This document shows positions 1-13,865 of a stretch of DNA of 64,000 nt, piece by piece. Under the pieces are notes generated by a model. The model was given only the letters and a program-made list of their open reading frames with translations. It was not told where the DNA came from and ran no database searches. Every line of letters begins with the position of its first letter. Position 1 is the stretch's first letter. Source of the DNA: Eledone cirrhosa (taxonomy: Eukaryota); assembly GCA_964016885.1 (NCBI GenBank), contig OZ024741.1, positions 67,580,001 to 67,644,000 of the forward strand, in the 5' to 3' direction. Both the position numbers and the translations under genes were made by a program.

Positions 1-29
1 CCTTCACAAAACATACGGGTAATATATAC

Positions 30-830
30 TTACCTATGCAAATACGTAAAGGAATAATCAAAACATATACTTAGCTCCCACATCAAGACGTAAAATATCC
101 ACGTATAGATCGTGCTATCCGTTAGGGTATAACGTGGGGCTGTAATACAGGAAAGTTTTGTGCAATTTATGTTTACAAGCCGAAATGCCTCAGATTTTTT
201 GTTTAAGATGTGGTCTGTAGCGTAGAGTATTTCCAGGGCCTCAGCGGCGCAGAGGTCACATGGTCTTTTATTTCCGTTATACGATCTAGCCCTAGCTAGG
301 ATCTCCCAGTGTAACTTATATTGGGTGTGGTTGTCTTTTAGACTCCAGATATAAGCTGAAAGTGACGTCATATTCCTTCTTAGAGGGTAACGAAAAGAAT
401 GGGTATGCATGTAAAGACGCTGCTTGCAACTATTGGCGGTTAACCCTATGTAGGCCCTACGGGACGTGGGTGTTACAACCTTACATTTGTAGACAATGTT
501 ACTAGAGAGGCATTTCCCGGATAGGGGGCAAACCACCCGATTCCTACAATTACAGTTAGTACTACCTACAGGGTTGCACGTGTTCCTACGGCTAGGTAGT
601 TTAGCTAAATTTGAAGCTGTGATGTTATGTGCAAGGTTAGGAGTCGTAGAGTAAGACATTTTAATAGTATTTCTATTAAAAATCTTACTATATTTATGTG
701 TAGGGGGAAAATGCTTCGTAATAAGGGAAAGAAAGATCTTAGCTAATGGTGTGGCCACCTCCATATTATATGGTGGGTTAAACCAACAAATGCGACGGGA
801 TCTATTTCTTCTAGGTCTATTTTCGTACTC
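30..830 (-). mobile_element. Penelope-like element fragment: linker plus GIY-YIG endonuclease
   Basis: ORF 30-764 contains CNC...CPLSGKC, IVYKCKV...AYIGLT...KQRL..H..SFR, LSAYIWSLK, CDLC..E. The upstream frame reads RRICWFNPPY, typical of Penelope-like proteins. Confidence 0.9.
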
Positions 831-971
831 TGTATATGCTACCTTATCGACAAATCCACTTCGAGCAAGAGCTTCATTGTAATAAGTGGAAGGTTCTTAT
901 ATATTTGATATATATTTTCCTTATCGAGCCCTCTTTGGATTTTAGTCTTCAATTTTATTATTATTACTATT

Positions 972-1011
<40 letters not shown>

Positions 1012-1757
1012 CAGAAAGTTCAGATCACAAGCCAGCTGCTTGAGAAACATTTGTAACTAGTATTCAGCAATACATCTCCTATGTAACACCTCCAATTTGT
1101 TCTTTAAATATATATATATATATATATATATAAACTTTAAAAATTTAACAAAGATAGGACAAGACAACGAACGAAAGCAAGGCAAAACGAATTTTTTTTA
1201 TAAGTGGGAACCAGGGATATCGGCCGTTGAGATAGACATTGGCAGTTTCAACGTCTACGAACCCCACCCTGGGTCACAGCGTCAACACACATTAATGCAC
1301 TGTCCAGTGGAGTAAAAGACAAGGCAAAACAATAACTTATAGCAATTAAGCAATGACAAGTACATAAAAAATATCTATATACTACTAAAACTCTACAATT
1401 GCTTGCTTGCTTGTCTGTAATGTAATACAGCAAAGCGGGTGCATAATGGGAAAATACTTTGAACGAAAGTTGACCCTGAAATGGGATTATAAATGGAATA
1501 AAACAAGTTTCGCATGAATTGGACCACGGGTTCCCGAGATATGGGGTTTTTCCGGGTACCTTCATCAACAGAGAGAGCGAGAGAGAGATAGGGATAGAGG
1601 TTGTGAGTGAGTAGATTGAAAGAAAGACATAAAGAGAGGGAGAGGAGAAGGAGAATGGAAGAGAGAAAGAGAGAGCTGGTGGTGTTGTTTTGTATATATA
1701 TATGTGAGTGTGTGTGTATGACCAGTGTATATAGATTACAGACACCCACATATATAC

Positions 1758-1789
<32 letters not shown>

Positions 1790-2923
1790 GTGTATATACA
1801 CACATTTATATATATACATACACACACGAATATATATGAGCCTTCCAGTTTCATTTCACATTATATACATGTCTGTGTATATTTTAATTATTTTAAAATT
1901 ATCTTTAAGTGAACATGATTTTAAAAAAATATTTTGAAGTGAACATTACCCCACGGGTCACGTGTGGTCTAGTATATATATATAATTTATTTGTGTTCAC
2001 ACATGGAACAATTTCACATACACGCTTACATATTATATATATAGAGAGATATGCATACCCTTACTTTTGTCCCCCAAATAAGTTTACTGATTTTCCGTGC
2101 ATGCCATCTTAATGCAGCATCTCGCTGATGTATATAGAAGTGTTGGTTATGACCTTGGTTGTACGTATATACTTATTTCAATATGATCGATTGAATCAGT
2201 CGCTAGTTGTTGCTGTCTATCTACAGGCGTGTTTATAACCGCTGTTACATTTGCAATGCAGAAAAATATCGAACAACGGTACGCGATCAAACTGTGTTTG
2301 AAACCTTACAAATCCTCCACCGAAACATTTAATTATACACACACAAATAGAACAAACAACCAACTAGTGACAAAGAAATAAACACATAAATAAATAAACA
2401 CACACACGGATGTAACGCATGCGCAAACTAAGCACACAACGCACAACACACAAAAACAAGATGTTGTAGGAGAGAACAAAGGAGAGACACAAAAAATAAA
2501 AAACGTAGTCACTAAGGAGATCACAGAATGTGTGACGAAAGAGCTTTGACAATATATAAACAACCTTCCAGTTATCGAACCATCCAACCAACCAACTGGA
2601 AATGTATTATAAATTGAAGTGAAAACCAACAGGTGCGTTTGACCCTCTCAAAGTATAAAAATATCTGTTTCAACACACGTTTTGAGATGAGAAATCCCTC
2701 AAAACAAATTAAAAAACGAATTATACATATACAATAGAAGAAAGTTGGTTGATTGAAAATCTGCCGACTTTTTCTGAATAGATGTAAAGCACTCACCGAT
2801 TTTTGTTCATCAGGAATTTTATTATAATAAAAAACAAGAAAGACGGTTACATTCATACATCCCTATTTACTTTGTTATACGTATTCCAAAGACAGCAGCT
2901 GCCCTACGTGTTCTCCTCAGACA

Positions 2924-2955
<32 letters not shown>

Positions 2956-3064
2956 ATTAGTATATTTACCAACATATGCGTACAGATGTACACTAATGCT
3001 AGCAAATACATAAGTTATGTCATAGTACCTAGGTGGTTCTATGCAGGGGGATGCAGAACAATTA

Positions 3065-3500
3065 TATGAAAGACGTAAAATAAGAAAATTTTAAAAATTA
3101 AAAATTAACTTACTTACTAAAATTTTCACTCCAACTAATTAGTTTCTGTAATGGGATAAATATAGTTACGCAATGTAACTATCGAGAATTCATTACGTCA
3201 TCAGGGAGTCTATTCTCAGCTAATTCGCCAGGCAATGCGCGGACACTAGGAACTCATATTAAAATAATAATTCGGTGGATGGAACAGCTAGCGGGGACTG
3301 ATTTCCATAGCACTGAAAAAGTTCACTGTCTCTGGTCAAGTGGCAGATTCTAAAGAATCAATCACGTGACACTGAGGCTAGTCAGTAGGAGTGGGGTCGT
3401 ATTATGACAAGTATATTTATCCCATTACAGAAACTAATTAGTTGGAGTGAAAATTTTAGTAAGTTAATTTTTAATTTTTAAAATTTTCTTATTTTACGTC

Positions 3501-3507
<7 letters not shown>
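3065..3507. mobile_element. Fold-back non-autonomous PLE-like repeat (family A); second copy at about 44150-44490
   Basis: 3065-3163 is the reverse complement of about 3413-3507. The right end runs into (TA)n. It contains a hammerhead motif. Confidence 0.7.
3128..3209 (-). ncRNA. Type I hammerhead ribozyme (family A)
   Basis: Minus strand: ACUCC-CUGAUGA-long stem II (GUAAUG/CAUUAC plus AUAGUUAC/GUAACUAU)-GAAA-CUAAUUAG-UU-GGAGU. Confidence 0.75.
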
Positions 3508-3578
<71 letters not shown>

Positions 3579-3618
3579 GATATTAAATAAATGGAAACTA
3601 TATTTATAAAGCCATATT

Positions 3619-3684
3619 TATTTCATTATATATATTTCAGGGATATCATATTAAAAATATGTTATGCCTTCTTCAGACAAAATA
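3619..3684 (-). ncRNA. Type I hammerhead ribozyme (family B, left arm)
   Basis: Reverse complement of 5805-5870. Confidence 0.7.
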
Positions 3685-3932
3685 CAATATAAACAGTCTT
3701 ATAAATAGATAGATTCGACATACCTTTCAACTTCGACTTCTATTTGAAAAGTTGATTTGGTAGTGGAAAAAATATTAGGGACAGTTATAAAAAGAAAGAA
3801 AGAAAAACGAAGAAAAAGAAGAAATGCATGCAACTAAATAGAGAGAGATAGATATAGAGAGATAGATAGAGAGAAGAAATTCATGTAAAGAAACAGAGAG
3901 AGATATATAGAGAGAGGAAAAAACACAGAGGG

Positions 3933-3963
<31 letters not shown>

Positions 3964-3965
3964 AG

Positions 3966-4022
<57 letters not shown>

Positions 4023-5509
4023 TATAGAGAGATAGATATAGATAGAGATAGAGAGAAAGAAAATAGGTAGTTGTGCACCAGTTGAATGACGTATCAATGA
4101 TATATTTATTTATTTATTTATTTATTTATTTAGCTCTAGTATTAATGTAGAGAGAGATATATGTGGTTAAGAGAGAAAACAGCCGTTACATAGAGAGAAA
4201 AGAAAAATATCCAGACAAAAACGAGGCAGATTTAAAACACTATGTATCATCAATGTAAAAAATATCAATTCGTATAAAACAGGCATTATAATGTAAATAT
4301 CAGTATTCATGAATGAGACACGTATCAATAATGTGTGAAAAATAATGATCATATGTCTAGTTTAAAATTCATAGGTTTATATTAGAGTTGAGTTAAATAG
4401 AAGGTTATCCCAGATTTTATACTATATACATCCATGTGAATTTACGTGATCAGTTCTGCAAATTCCTATTTCACACGAAAACATTCTCATTGTGCTATAA
4501 AAATTCTCGTATACATATATGTGTACATACACACAAATATATATAGAGTCTACATTAATTTTAACAATACTATTCATGTCTTTACTCTACATGATTATCG
4601 TTCAAGCATAAATAGAGAACAGATATCAATATATCAATAAAAATATCAGAAACAAAAAATAAATAAAAAACAAAAAAATCAAAAAAATACAAAAAAATAT
4701 TAAAAATAAAAATATTAAAAATATTTAAAATATTAAAATAAAAATAAAACATAGTATGCCCCGCAAATCAACCACAGAGATCAACCCTTCAAAGTTAATT
4801 GACAATATATTGCCAAGTTCGTTATAAGCATCAGAATCAAAAGCAAACAAAACCAAAAATTATTTACCAAATCCTGTCTAGCAGAAAACATTCCAAAAGT
4901 TTAGGATACCCATTTGATCTACAGATGGTCTTATATTTAATATAGAAGTTTATCTAGTGTAAAATTTATTCGATATATTTGGAGCATCAGCTTTTAGGGT
5001 AGTTTAATTATTCATGAAGAATGTTTAAAATAAAAAGGAATCGAAAGATTTATCGGCGAGTTTCATAAATTCACATGGATGTATATAGTATAAAATCTGG
5101 GATAACCTTCTATTTTATCTCAACTCTAATATAAACCTATGAATTTTAAACTAGACATATGATCATTATTTTTCACACATTATTGATACGTGTCTCATTC
5201 ATGAATACTGATATTTACATTATAATGCCTGTTTTATACGAATTGATATTTTTTACATTGATGATACATAGTGTTTTAAATCTGCCTCGTTTTTGTCTGG
5301 ATATTTTTCTTTTCTCTCTATGTAACGGCTGTTTTCTCTCTTAACCACATATATCTCTCTCTACATTAATACTAGAGCTAAATAAATAAATAAATAAATA
5401 AATATATCATTGATACGTCATTCAACTGGTGCACAACTACCTATTTTCTTTCTCTCTATCTCTATCTATATCTATCTCTCTATATTTTCTCTCTCTCTCT
5501 CTCTCTCCT

Positions 5510-5556
<47 letters not shown>

Positions 5557-5804
5557 CCCTCTGTGTTTTTTCCTCTCTCTATATATCTCTCTCTGTTTCT
5601 TTACATGAATTTCTTCTCTCTATCTATCTCTCTATATCTATCTCTCTCTATTTAGTTGCATGCATTTCTTCTTTTTCTTCGTTTTTCTTTCTTTCTTTTT
5701 ATAACTGTCCCTAATATTTTTTCCACTACCAAATCAACTTTTCAAATAAGAGTCGAAGTTGAAAGGTATGTCGAATCTATCTATTTATAAGACTGTTTAT
5801 ATTG

Positions 5805-5870
5805 TATTTTGTCTGAAGAAGGCATAACATATTTTTAATATGATATCCCTGAAATATATATAATGAAATA
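5805..5870 (+). ncRNA. Type I hammerhead ribozyme (family B, right arm)
   Basis: UAUUUUGU-CUGAAGA-AGGCAUAACAUAUU/AAUAUGAUAUCCCU-GAAA-UAUAUA-UA-AUGAAAUA. Confidence 0.7.
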
Positions 5871-5997
5871 AATATGGTTTCATAAATATAGTTTCCATTT
5901 ATTTAATATCGTAAATATACTCCAAATACTTGTTGAGTGCTTTTGTATCAGTTATAAATATTTACTCGTTGTTAACCCAACAATTTAAATAAAACTT

Positions 5998-6128
<131 letters not shown>

Positions 6129-6221
6129 TAGAACACTGGAAGGTAATATCCGTAGTGGTAGAGCACTCAGTCCATGGGACGAGTTAGCTAGAAGTGGTAA
6201 CACAACAGTTAGTTCACCATA

Positions 6222-6291
6222 CCGAGAACAATTGTTTCACCTTAGTGGATCTTCAGCAGTCCGAGCTGAAGATCCGCTAAGGTGAAACAAT
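6222..6291. ncRNA. Hammerhead split across a hairpin inversion (family H)
   Basis: Plus: CCGAG-CUGAAGA-UCCGCUAAGGU-GAAA-CAAU then (TA)n. Minus: CUGAAGA-UCCACUAAGGU-GAAA-CAAUUG-UU-CUCGG. Each strand lacks one side of stem I. Confidence 0.65.
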
Positions 6292-6359
6292 ATATATATA
6301 CATATACATATATATTATATATATATATTATTCATTTATGTTCACTAGCAGATATATAT

Positions 6360-6680
6360 ATACGGAAAAAATGAAACGAAATTTCATTTCCCACTCTTAG
6401 TACGGCTGTTACTTAAATATAAGTTTGTATACGTACATACATATATGTATACAGATGTACAGTAGTATGTATATACATATACATACATGCACACATATAT
6501 ATATGCTAGACACTACGGCTTAATACGGGATGTTTGTTTACAAACACACCGAACATTATAATAAATGCTCGGTGAATCCATACGTACATATATATATATG
6601 TGTGCATGTATGTATATGTATATACATACTACTGTACATCTGTATACATATATGTATGTACGTATACATACTTATATATA
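6360..6680. repeat. Fold-back fragment of the ~430-bp family C repeat
   Basis: ACGGAAAAAATGAAACGAAATTTC... is shared with 20405-20640 and 42580-43215, with an internal inversion. Confidence 0.75.
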
Positions 6681-6754
6681 TATATATATTATATATATAT
6701 TATACATATATATTATATATATTTATATATATATGTGTGTGTGTGTGTGTACCT

Positions 6755-6813
<59 letters not shown>

Positions 6814-6859
6814 AGAGAGGGAGAGGGAGGGAGCGGGAGAGTTCTGTAGCTTCCTGCAA

Positions 6860-7800
6860 GTTCTATATCAGGTTTTCCTAACGCTGCTCTCTTTATTCCA
6901 TGTTCTATCATTTCTTGTGTTCTCAAGTGCTCTGTTCTGTACTAAGTATTATTACCAGCCAGGCCCACTGCTACGTAGATGATACCACTCTACATTCATT
7001 CATAACCCTTTATTCTCCTATCAAGTATTATTCACAGCTAACCTTGAACCCCCCTACACCCAGTCTGCTTGAATTCCATGAACAGCGACCTTGAAAGCAT
7101 GCTCCAATGGGATGATGCCAACCTCGTATCTTTCAACTGCAGAGAACAACCACCACTCATCTCAAGAGAAACCTTACCACATATGGGATAAGGCTTTTAC
7201 TAAAACAAAACCTTCTTAAACATGATTAGCACAGGACTAGAGTTCTCACGTTTGGTTCAAATGTTAGGCTTCTCAATCATCGAGTATCCTACATGGAAAA
7301 CATATTCTCAACATAGATAGAAGTGAACAATATTGATAGAAGTGAACAATTGAAGATCCTCAACAAAGGAGAGTTGAGATCTGCAATAGACTAATGTTTC
7401 TACGTCTGTAGCGGTGCTATTACTGCTCACACAGTCATCCTAGCTCACATATAAAAAGGTTACTCGATTGTTCGATTTACAGTAATGTTGTGTCTCACTC
7501 CAGTATCTGGTCCATTCCACAGAAGTACTGTCTTCTTCCACAGTCTCTTTTACCGTTGCCACAATTGTTTCGACTCCTGGTGTTTGCTGAACATAGGCTG
7601 CCTCTATTCAGACACACCCAACTCACTTTCCTCTACTCGTCAACTATGTTGTGCTTCCCTACACAACACTAACCACTATACCCAGTTCTTTCTGCCTAGA
7701 CCCTCAACTCTCGGTAACATCTGCCCTGTTCATGTCTTTTTTGTAGGAGTGACCATACAACGATATAAACATCAATGGCATCGATTTCTCCTGTCTCACA
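6860..7800 (+). pseudogene. Decayed LINE reverse transcriptase (CR1/L2/Jockey-group-like)
   Basis: HCYVDDTTLHS (YADD-like) followed by frameshifted C-terminal-like remnants (YTQFFLPR). Confidence 0.55.
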
Positions 7801-8709
7801 GGGATGCTGCGGAAACTGTGGCCACTGCCTCTTTCTTGAGACATATCAAGTATTCCTTCCTAGAAAACAATATACATCCAACTCTGCAAACTGTTCCGAT
7901 ACTAAACACTGACCTCTAAAATCTCCTTCTTTTTTACAGTATTTAATATGCTACTGTCAAAATTCTAAAGCTTCGTGTTGGCACGAATTCAAGCCGCTTT
8001 CTAGTCGGAATTTGTTCTCACACGAACACATTTATGTAATCCAAACAGAAATATACAAACTCAATATCTTATTTCATTTGGTCGTTAAATGACATTCAAT
8101 ACCAATTCATCTTACTTACATGATACTCTCTAGACATAATGAAGACATGAAAAACAACATTTCTTGCTTTTTCTCACCCAAAAAACTTAGTTTATATTTT
8201 CTTTACTTACATCCTGCTATTCAACTGCGACTTAGACAATTCAAGATAAATAATTGTTTCCAATCCATCATCTTCAAAGAGCTCGGGGTTCTTACAGTAC
8301 ATATTCATTAACGTTTTATTCATTCCTGTCTCTTAATGAATTTTTCATCGTTCTCCATAAATCTATATTCTATTTCACCAACACCATCCATGTCATGTGT
8401 AAGTCAAATAAGCGTTTCATTTTCTTCTGTTTCCAGTGTCTTGTTTTCAATTTAAACCGATTATGGTTCTCATTACACACATACACAATCACACTCAATC
8501 ACACTTACACACACACTCCACAAAACAAAAATTGAGTCAATGACAGATACACCAATTACAAAAATTTAGATAGTTCTCAGGTGTTTCTGTTCTTGATAAT
8601 TTCAAATGTGTCTATTAATAAAACTTTATTGTCAATTGCTTGCAAATCGCAGAAAAAGTTAGCGTTAATATCAGGAAATTAAGAAATGATTTAACATATA
8701 AATCAAAAT

Positions 8710-8745
<36 letters not shown>

Positions 8746-8879
8746 TTATATATATATATTTGATTCAAGCAATGTGTATGGTATTTAATGTAGGAAATAA
8801 TAAGAAGGCTATGACAGTGGGAAATGGACGGTGAAATGAAGGCAACGGAAAGGTTTATTACTTTGTATTTATATTATTA

Positions 8880-9100
8880 AGGGTGGTGGATTGGCAGTAT
8901 CAGTGAAGGGCCGGACAATAGGCTTTGCGGCATAGAGTTACGGTTCTTTACGTTCTGAGCTCAAATCCCGCCGAGGCTAGCTTTGCCTTTCATCCTTACG
9001 GGATCGATAAAATAAAGCATCAATAATGCACTGCGGTCGATTTAATCGACTTTCCCCCTCCCTCCAAATTGCTGGCCTTGTGCCTATAGTAGAAATCAAT
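8880..9100 (+). mobile_element. tRNA-derived SINE family 1 (resembles Octopus SINEs)
   Basis: GGTGGATTGGCAG head, B-box-like TCAAATCC, CTTTGCCTTTCATCCTTACGGG core; more than 12 copies in the window. Confidence 0.85.
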
Positions 9101-9454
9101 ATCTTTTTTTTTTCGTCCTTATATTTAGGGACTTAAAAATCCCTTCTTCAGAGTATGATAAACTTTCCGGTCTTATTACTTATATATTACTTATTGCCAG
9201 CGAACGTTTCCACGAACCAAAGTATCGTCTTCCTGTCTTCCTCCGGTTGCAATGTTTTTTGAAATATCCAGTTCTGCGTTTACAGATTGACTTAATTAGT
9301 TTCAGAAGATCCCGTTAAGGGTGAAAGCAGCGATTCTTTGCTTAAACTTTAATCTGTTATTTTAATAAATATTTGCTCTACGGTTCTTATATATTTGATA
9401 TATATTTTCCTTATCGAGCCCTCTTTGGATTTTAGTCTTCAATTTTATTATTAT

Positions 9455-9598
<144 letters not shown>

Positions 9599-10107
9599 GT
9601 ATATATATATATATATATATAATAACTAGAGATTGATTAACATATGAATAAACATGAATAATCACAGGAGATAATTTTTACAAATGTGTAACCACACATA
9701 GCTAGGTAGGTAACTAAATAAAGTTGACCAGAACTTCAAAAATAGATACCTTATAATATGATTAATCTTCCCTGTATATATTCCATTAAAGAAATATATT
9801 TCACCAATTAATCAGATGGTAAACCACATATATATATATATATAATGAATAAAAAAATATTGGCGAAGACAGGAAAATGAACGAATACAGACAGCAGTCC
9901 CATCTCATCAGTCGACCACTACAGTTACGCTCTTTCGGTGCTTTAAGTCGAATTAACTGGCTCTAGGGCACAAGAGACAGTAACAAATGAGCAAAGGACA
10001 AGACGATAGTCTTAACGACTATTTACAAAGAATGGACAAAGGACAGTAACAAATGGATAAAAGCCAAAACACACACACACACACACAACACGCACACATA
10101 TATATAT

Positions 10108-10926
10108 TAGGGTGGCCCTTACCAATAGGTAATTTTCCGAAAGTTAAAATTCTGCTGCTCCCACGCACTAATCTTGTTCCAAGCAACAAAAGAACGGGCT
10201 GTACAAAATTTCAGCTCAATCGGACAACTGTTAGGCGACCCTCAAATGCCTTGAATTTGGAACATAGTATACGCAACGATTAATTCTGTTCAAAAGCGGA
10301 ATGTTATTGTAATCCTGAATGAGTTTGACACCTTATTCTGCAACATCATTCACAACTGCCTTCTTATATTTTTCAAGTCCACTTTTATAACCAGGATCAT
10401 CCTTCCATGTTGAAGGGTCTTTGTCGAGGAAATTGGTGCTGATAGAAATCTCGAAAAGACAAAAACTCGATGTTTTTAAAGGAAGAAAAATCATTTTGGT
10501 GCAGAATGTACCTTTTCAGTTGATTTGTTTCACATTTGTCTGCTTCCAGCATAACTTCACCTCACCTTGCTCCTCTTGCTCTCCATTTCTCCTTGCTCTC
10601 CTTTTCTCCTTGCCCTTCTTTCTCCTTGTTCTCCTTGATCTTCTTTTCTCCTTGTTTTCTTTGCTCTCCTTGCTCTCCTTATCTCCTTACTCCCCTTGCT
10701 CTCCATTTCTCATTCCTCTCCTTTTCTCATTGATCTCCTTGCTCTCCTTTTTTACTTACTCTTCTTTTCTCCTTGTAGCTAAGTACTTGTTTATATACAA
10801 ATACAATGAGAAAAGGAGAGCAAGGAGAAATATGATAGATTGTTTTTTTTTTTGTTAATTGGAAGATGATAGGGGGTGAGAGGTAAGCTTTTTGAAAGTT
10901 TAAAAATAAAAAATAAGGGCCACCCT

Positions 10927-10927
<1 letters not shown>
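10108..10927 (-). mobile_element. Internally deleted hAT (hATm-like) DNA transposon
   Basis: TIRs TAGGGTGGCCCTTA / TAAGGGCCACCCTT, with ATATATAT on both flanks. Minus-strand remnant FLDKDPSTW...VVNDVAE*GVKLIQDYN at about 10285-10435. Confidence 0.7.
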
Positions 10928-11015
<88 letters not shown>

Positions 11016-11040
11016 GAGAGAGATAAAGAGAGAATAATAT

Positions 11041-11228
11041 AATTGTTTCTACGTTAAGCACAAGGCCAGTAATTATCCAGTGCATTACTGGTACTTTATT
11101 TTATCGACCCCGTAAGGATGAAAGGCAAAGTCAACCTCGGCGGGATTTGAACTCAGATCGTAAAGGGACGTAACTATGCTGGAAAGCATGGCATCCGACC
11201 CTCCACCGAAACTACCAATCCACCGCCC
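11041..11228 (-). mobile_element. SINE family 1
   Basis: Full-length reverse copy. Confidence 0.85.
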
Positions 11229-11687
11229 TGAGAGAATAATATAATGATGAATGAAACCCTTGTCAGACGTCTGTCGATTAACACTTAAATTCTTTTAAAT
11301 ATATATTTTGTGAAATGTACTGCATTAGAACAGCTTTGTTAAATAAATATATTCAGTCGTATTCCGTAGAGAAAACACTTACTGATATCCCCTCCCATTC
11401 ATCTGAGTCCTTCATCTTAAGTTGTCTTCTCCTGTACTTCTGTTCCTGCACACTCGAATGTCCCGCCTACTCTACAAACTCTTCATTTCCATTAAACATT
11501 TTCACTGTTCTATTTTACCACATTTGAAGTATTTCCCTTTTTTAATTGATTCATTTTCTTATTTACTTCAAATTCTTGTGTAAATCTTTATATTTCCCTG
11601 AGAACTAAATTATCACGTTTTAGATGAAAATATTTGCGTGCTATATATATTATAGGAATGAAATTATTAATATTATTGCATATATTA

Positions 11688-11879
11688 GGGCGGTGGATTG
11701 GCAGTATCGGTAGAGGGTCGGACACCATGCCTTACAACATAGAGCTACGGCCGTTTATGATATGAGTTCAAATCTCGACGAGGTTAACTTTGCCTTTCAT
11801 CCTTACGGGGTCGATAAAATAAAGTACAAGTAATGCACTGGGATAATTGCTGGCCTTGTACCAAAAGTAGAAACAATTA
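11688..11879 (+). mobile_element. SINE family 1
   Basis: Full-length copy with GAGTTCAAATC B-box. Confidence 0.85.
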
Positions 11880-12149
11880 TTGTATATATTATTACAGGAT
11901 GAATGTGCATATGTGACGTATAAATAACAAGAAATTGTATTTAGGTTTTGAGTAGTTTTCTTCGTTTTCTCTTTTTTCTATTTCTGGTCTTGAGAGGTCA
12001 CCTTCGTTTGTACGAATTCAAAATGGAAAAAAGTATTCCTAAAATCGTGATCCTCCATACAAACAGAAGAATACACGTTGGTACTAAAATAAACTTCCAA
12101 TACTCTGAAAATAAATGTAAATCCAATGTAAATAATGTTTTCTGATTTA

Positions 12150-12348
12150 CGCACAAGGCCAACAATACTATTTTATCGTGTAGTGAAGGGGCTAGGCAAG
12201 TTGATTAATCGATCCCCGGTGCATTGCTGGTGATTTATTTTATCGATCCCGAAAGGTTGAATGGCAAAGCTAACCTCGACGTGATTTGAACTCAGAATGT
12301 AAAGGTAGGTAACTATATGCCACAAAGCATGTTGTCCGACGCACTACC
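12150..12348 (-). mobile_element. SINE family 1 (diverged)
   Basis: Same core sequence on the minus strand. Confidence 0.75.
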
Positions 12349-12379
12349 GATACACGTTTTGTATGGGTAGAAAAACGTG

Positions 12380-12760
12380 AATGAAAACACGCTAGAAAAG
12401 GTATCAGAGAATGAGAAAGCAAGTATACTCTGAGATATGCCTATACACTCAGACAAGGCAGTCAAAGTCAATCGAATGGATATTATATTCAAATACCACA
12501 AAGAAAAAATGTATTCTAATTATTGTATCAATACCCACAGACGACAATATATCAATGAAGAAAATATAGAAATTATCCAAATACAAATATCTAGATATAG
12601 AAATAACCCGAATGTGGATGATAAAACAAAAACAATATCAATAACAATAGGGGCTCTGGGAATTATAAAAAAACACACCTAGACAAACACATAACTAAAG
12701 CTTCAGGACTTTCAAATAGAGACTAGTACTAACAAGCTCTGCATTAGAAGGGATACAATA
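12380..12760 (+). pseudogene. R4/Dong-like non-LTR retrotransposon C-terminal (RLE) remnant
   Basis: EKASIL*DMPIHSDK..VNRMDII...ITIGALG resembles the W-D...RPD...IGALG pattern of R4-clade proteins. Confidence 0.6.
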
Positions 12761-13428
12761 CAACAGAAACAACACCGCCAAAAGCTAAACTGCATACATC
12801 CAAGACGTACAGAGCTGTATCTGTTAAAGCAGTGACGATACACAATAATGGTTTCTGATTTAGACACGAAGCTAACAATCTTAGGGAATGGAAAGTCGAC
12901 TAAATCAACCATGTCGGTTACTGGTTCTACATTTTATCAACCCCGTAAGGGTGAAATGTTATATATGTATAAAGAAAGTGCTCAATCGTAGAAATGCTAT
13001 AAAGTGCTATAAAGATAGCTTTTAAAATAGGGTGAACACCCTCAAAAGGCGGAGAAAGAAGTTGCTATCGGCCAATGGCAACTTCTTTTACCGTCTTTTA
13101 AGATACTAACATGAAATATCATCCCGGAGCATATCAATGAATCGAAACAACAGAAGCTATCTCTAGTTCTTCTTTATGTTTTTCTGTTTCTTTCTGTTCA
13201 ACTTCTAGATTTCTGATGTGGTCATGTCTGTTACATAATGGTTATGACCGAAATATATATAACAGGGTTTATGAATAGACGGAGTGAATTATAACCTGTT
13301 GACTTGTACTTCGTGATTATAAATATACTCCGGAGTAAACTGACACACTTGTGTACTTCGTTGGGTGCTCTAACTGCACACTGAAGTGTCGTTGATAAAC
13401 TAACACATACTCTAATACATACAAACAA

Positions 13429-13643
<215 letters not shown>

Positions 13644-13769
13644 CACACACACACACACCACATATATATATATATATATATATATAGTGAAAAATTGAAC
13701 AAGAACAAAACAGAGAGGCAGTACGAACAAAGGTTTATTAGTTTCACTCTCTTGAGAGTGGGGTGGTGA

Positions 13770-13865
<96 letters not shown>

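Larger units (their letters stand above)
3577..5912. mobile_element. Large inverted repeat (~860-bp arms 3577-4444 and 5066-5912), inverted PLE pLTR-like (family B)
   Basis: Mirror ORFs (4167-4352 minus = 5159-5344 plus). One hammerhead per arm. The left end abuts (TA)n. Confidence 0.8.

Noticed and set aside
1497-1572. Minus-strand UUGAUGA...GAAA-CUUG-UU
   Set aside because: No convincing stem I or stem II base pairing.
9296-9340. Hammerhead-like CAGAAGA-UCCC/GGGU-GAAA
   Set aside because: U4 is mutated and stems I and III are poor; decayed.
13208-13266. Hammerhead CUGAUGU...GAAA-UAUAUA-UA
   Set aside because: A9 is mutated and stem I is unpaired; a decayed family G copy, not called functional.
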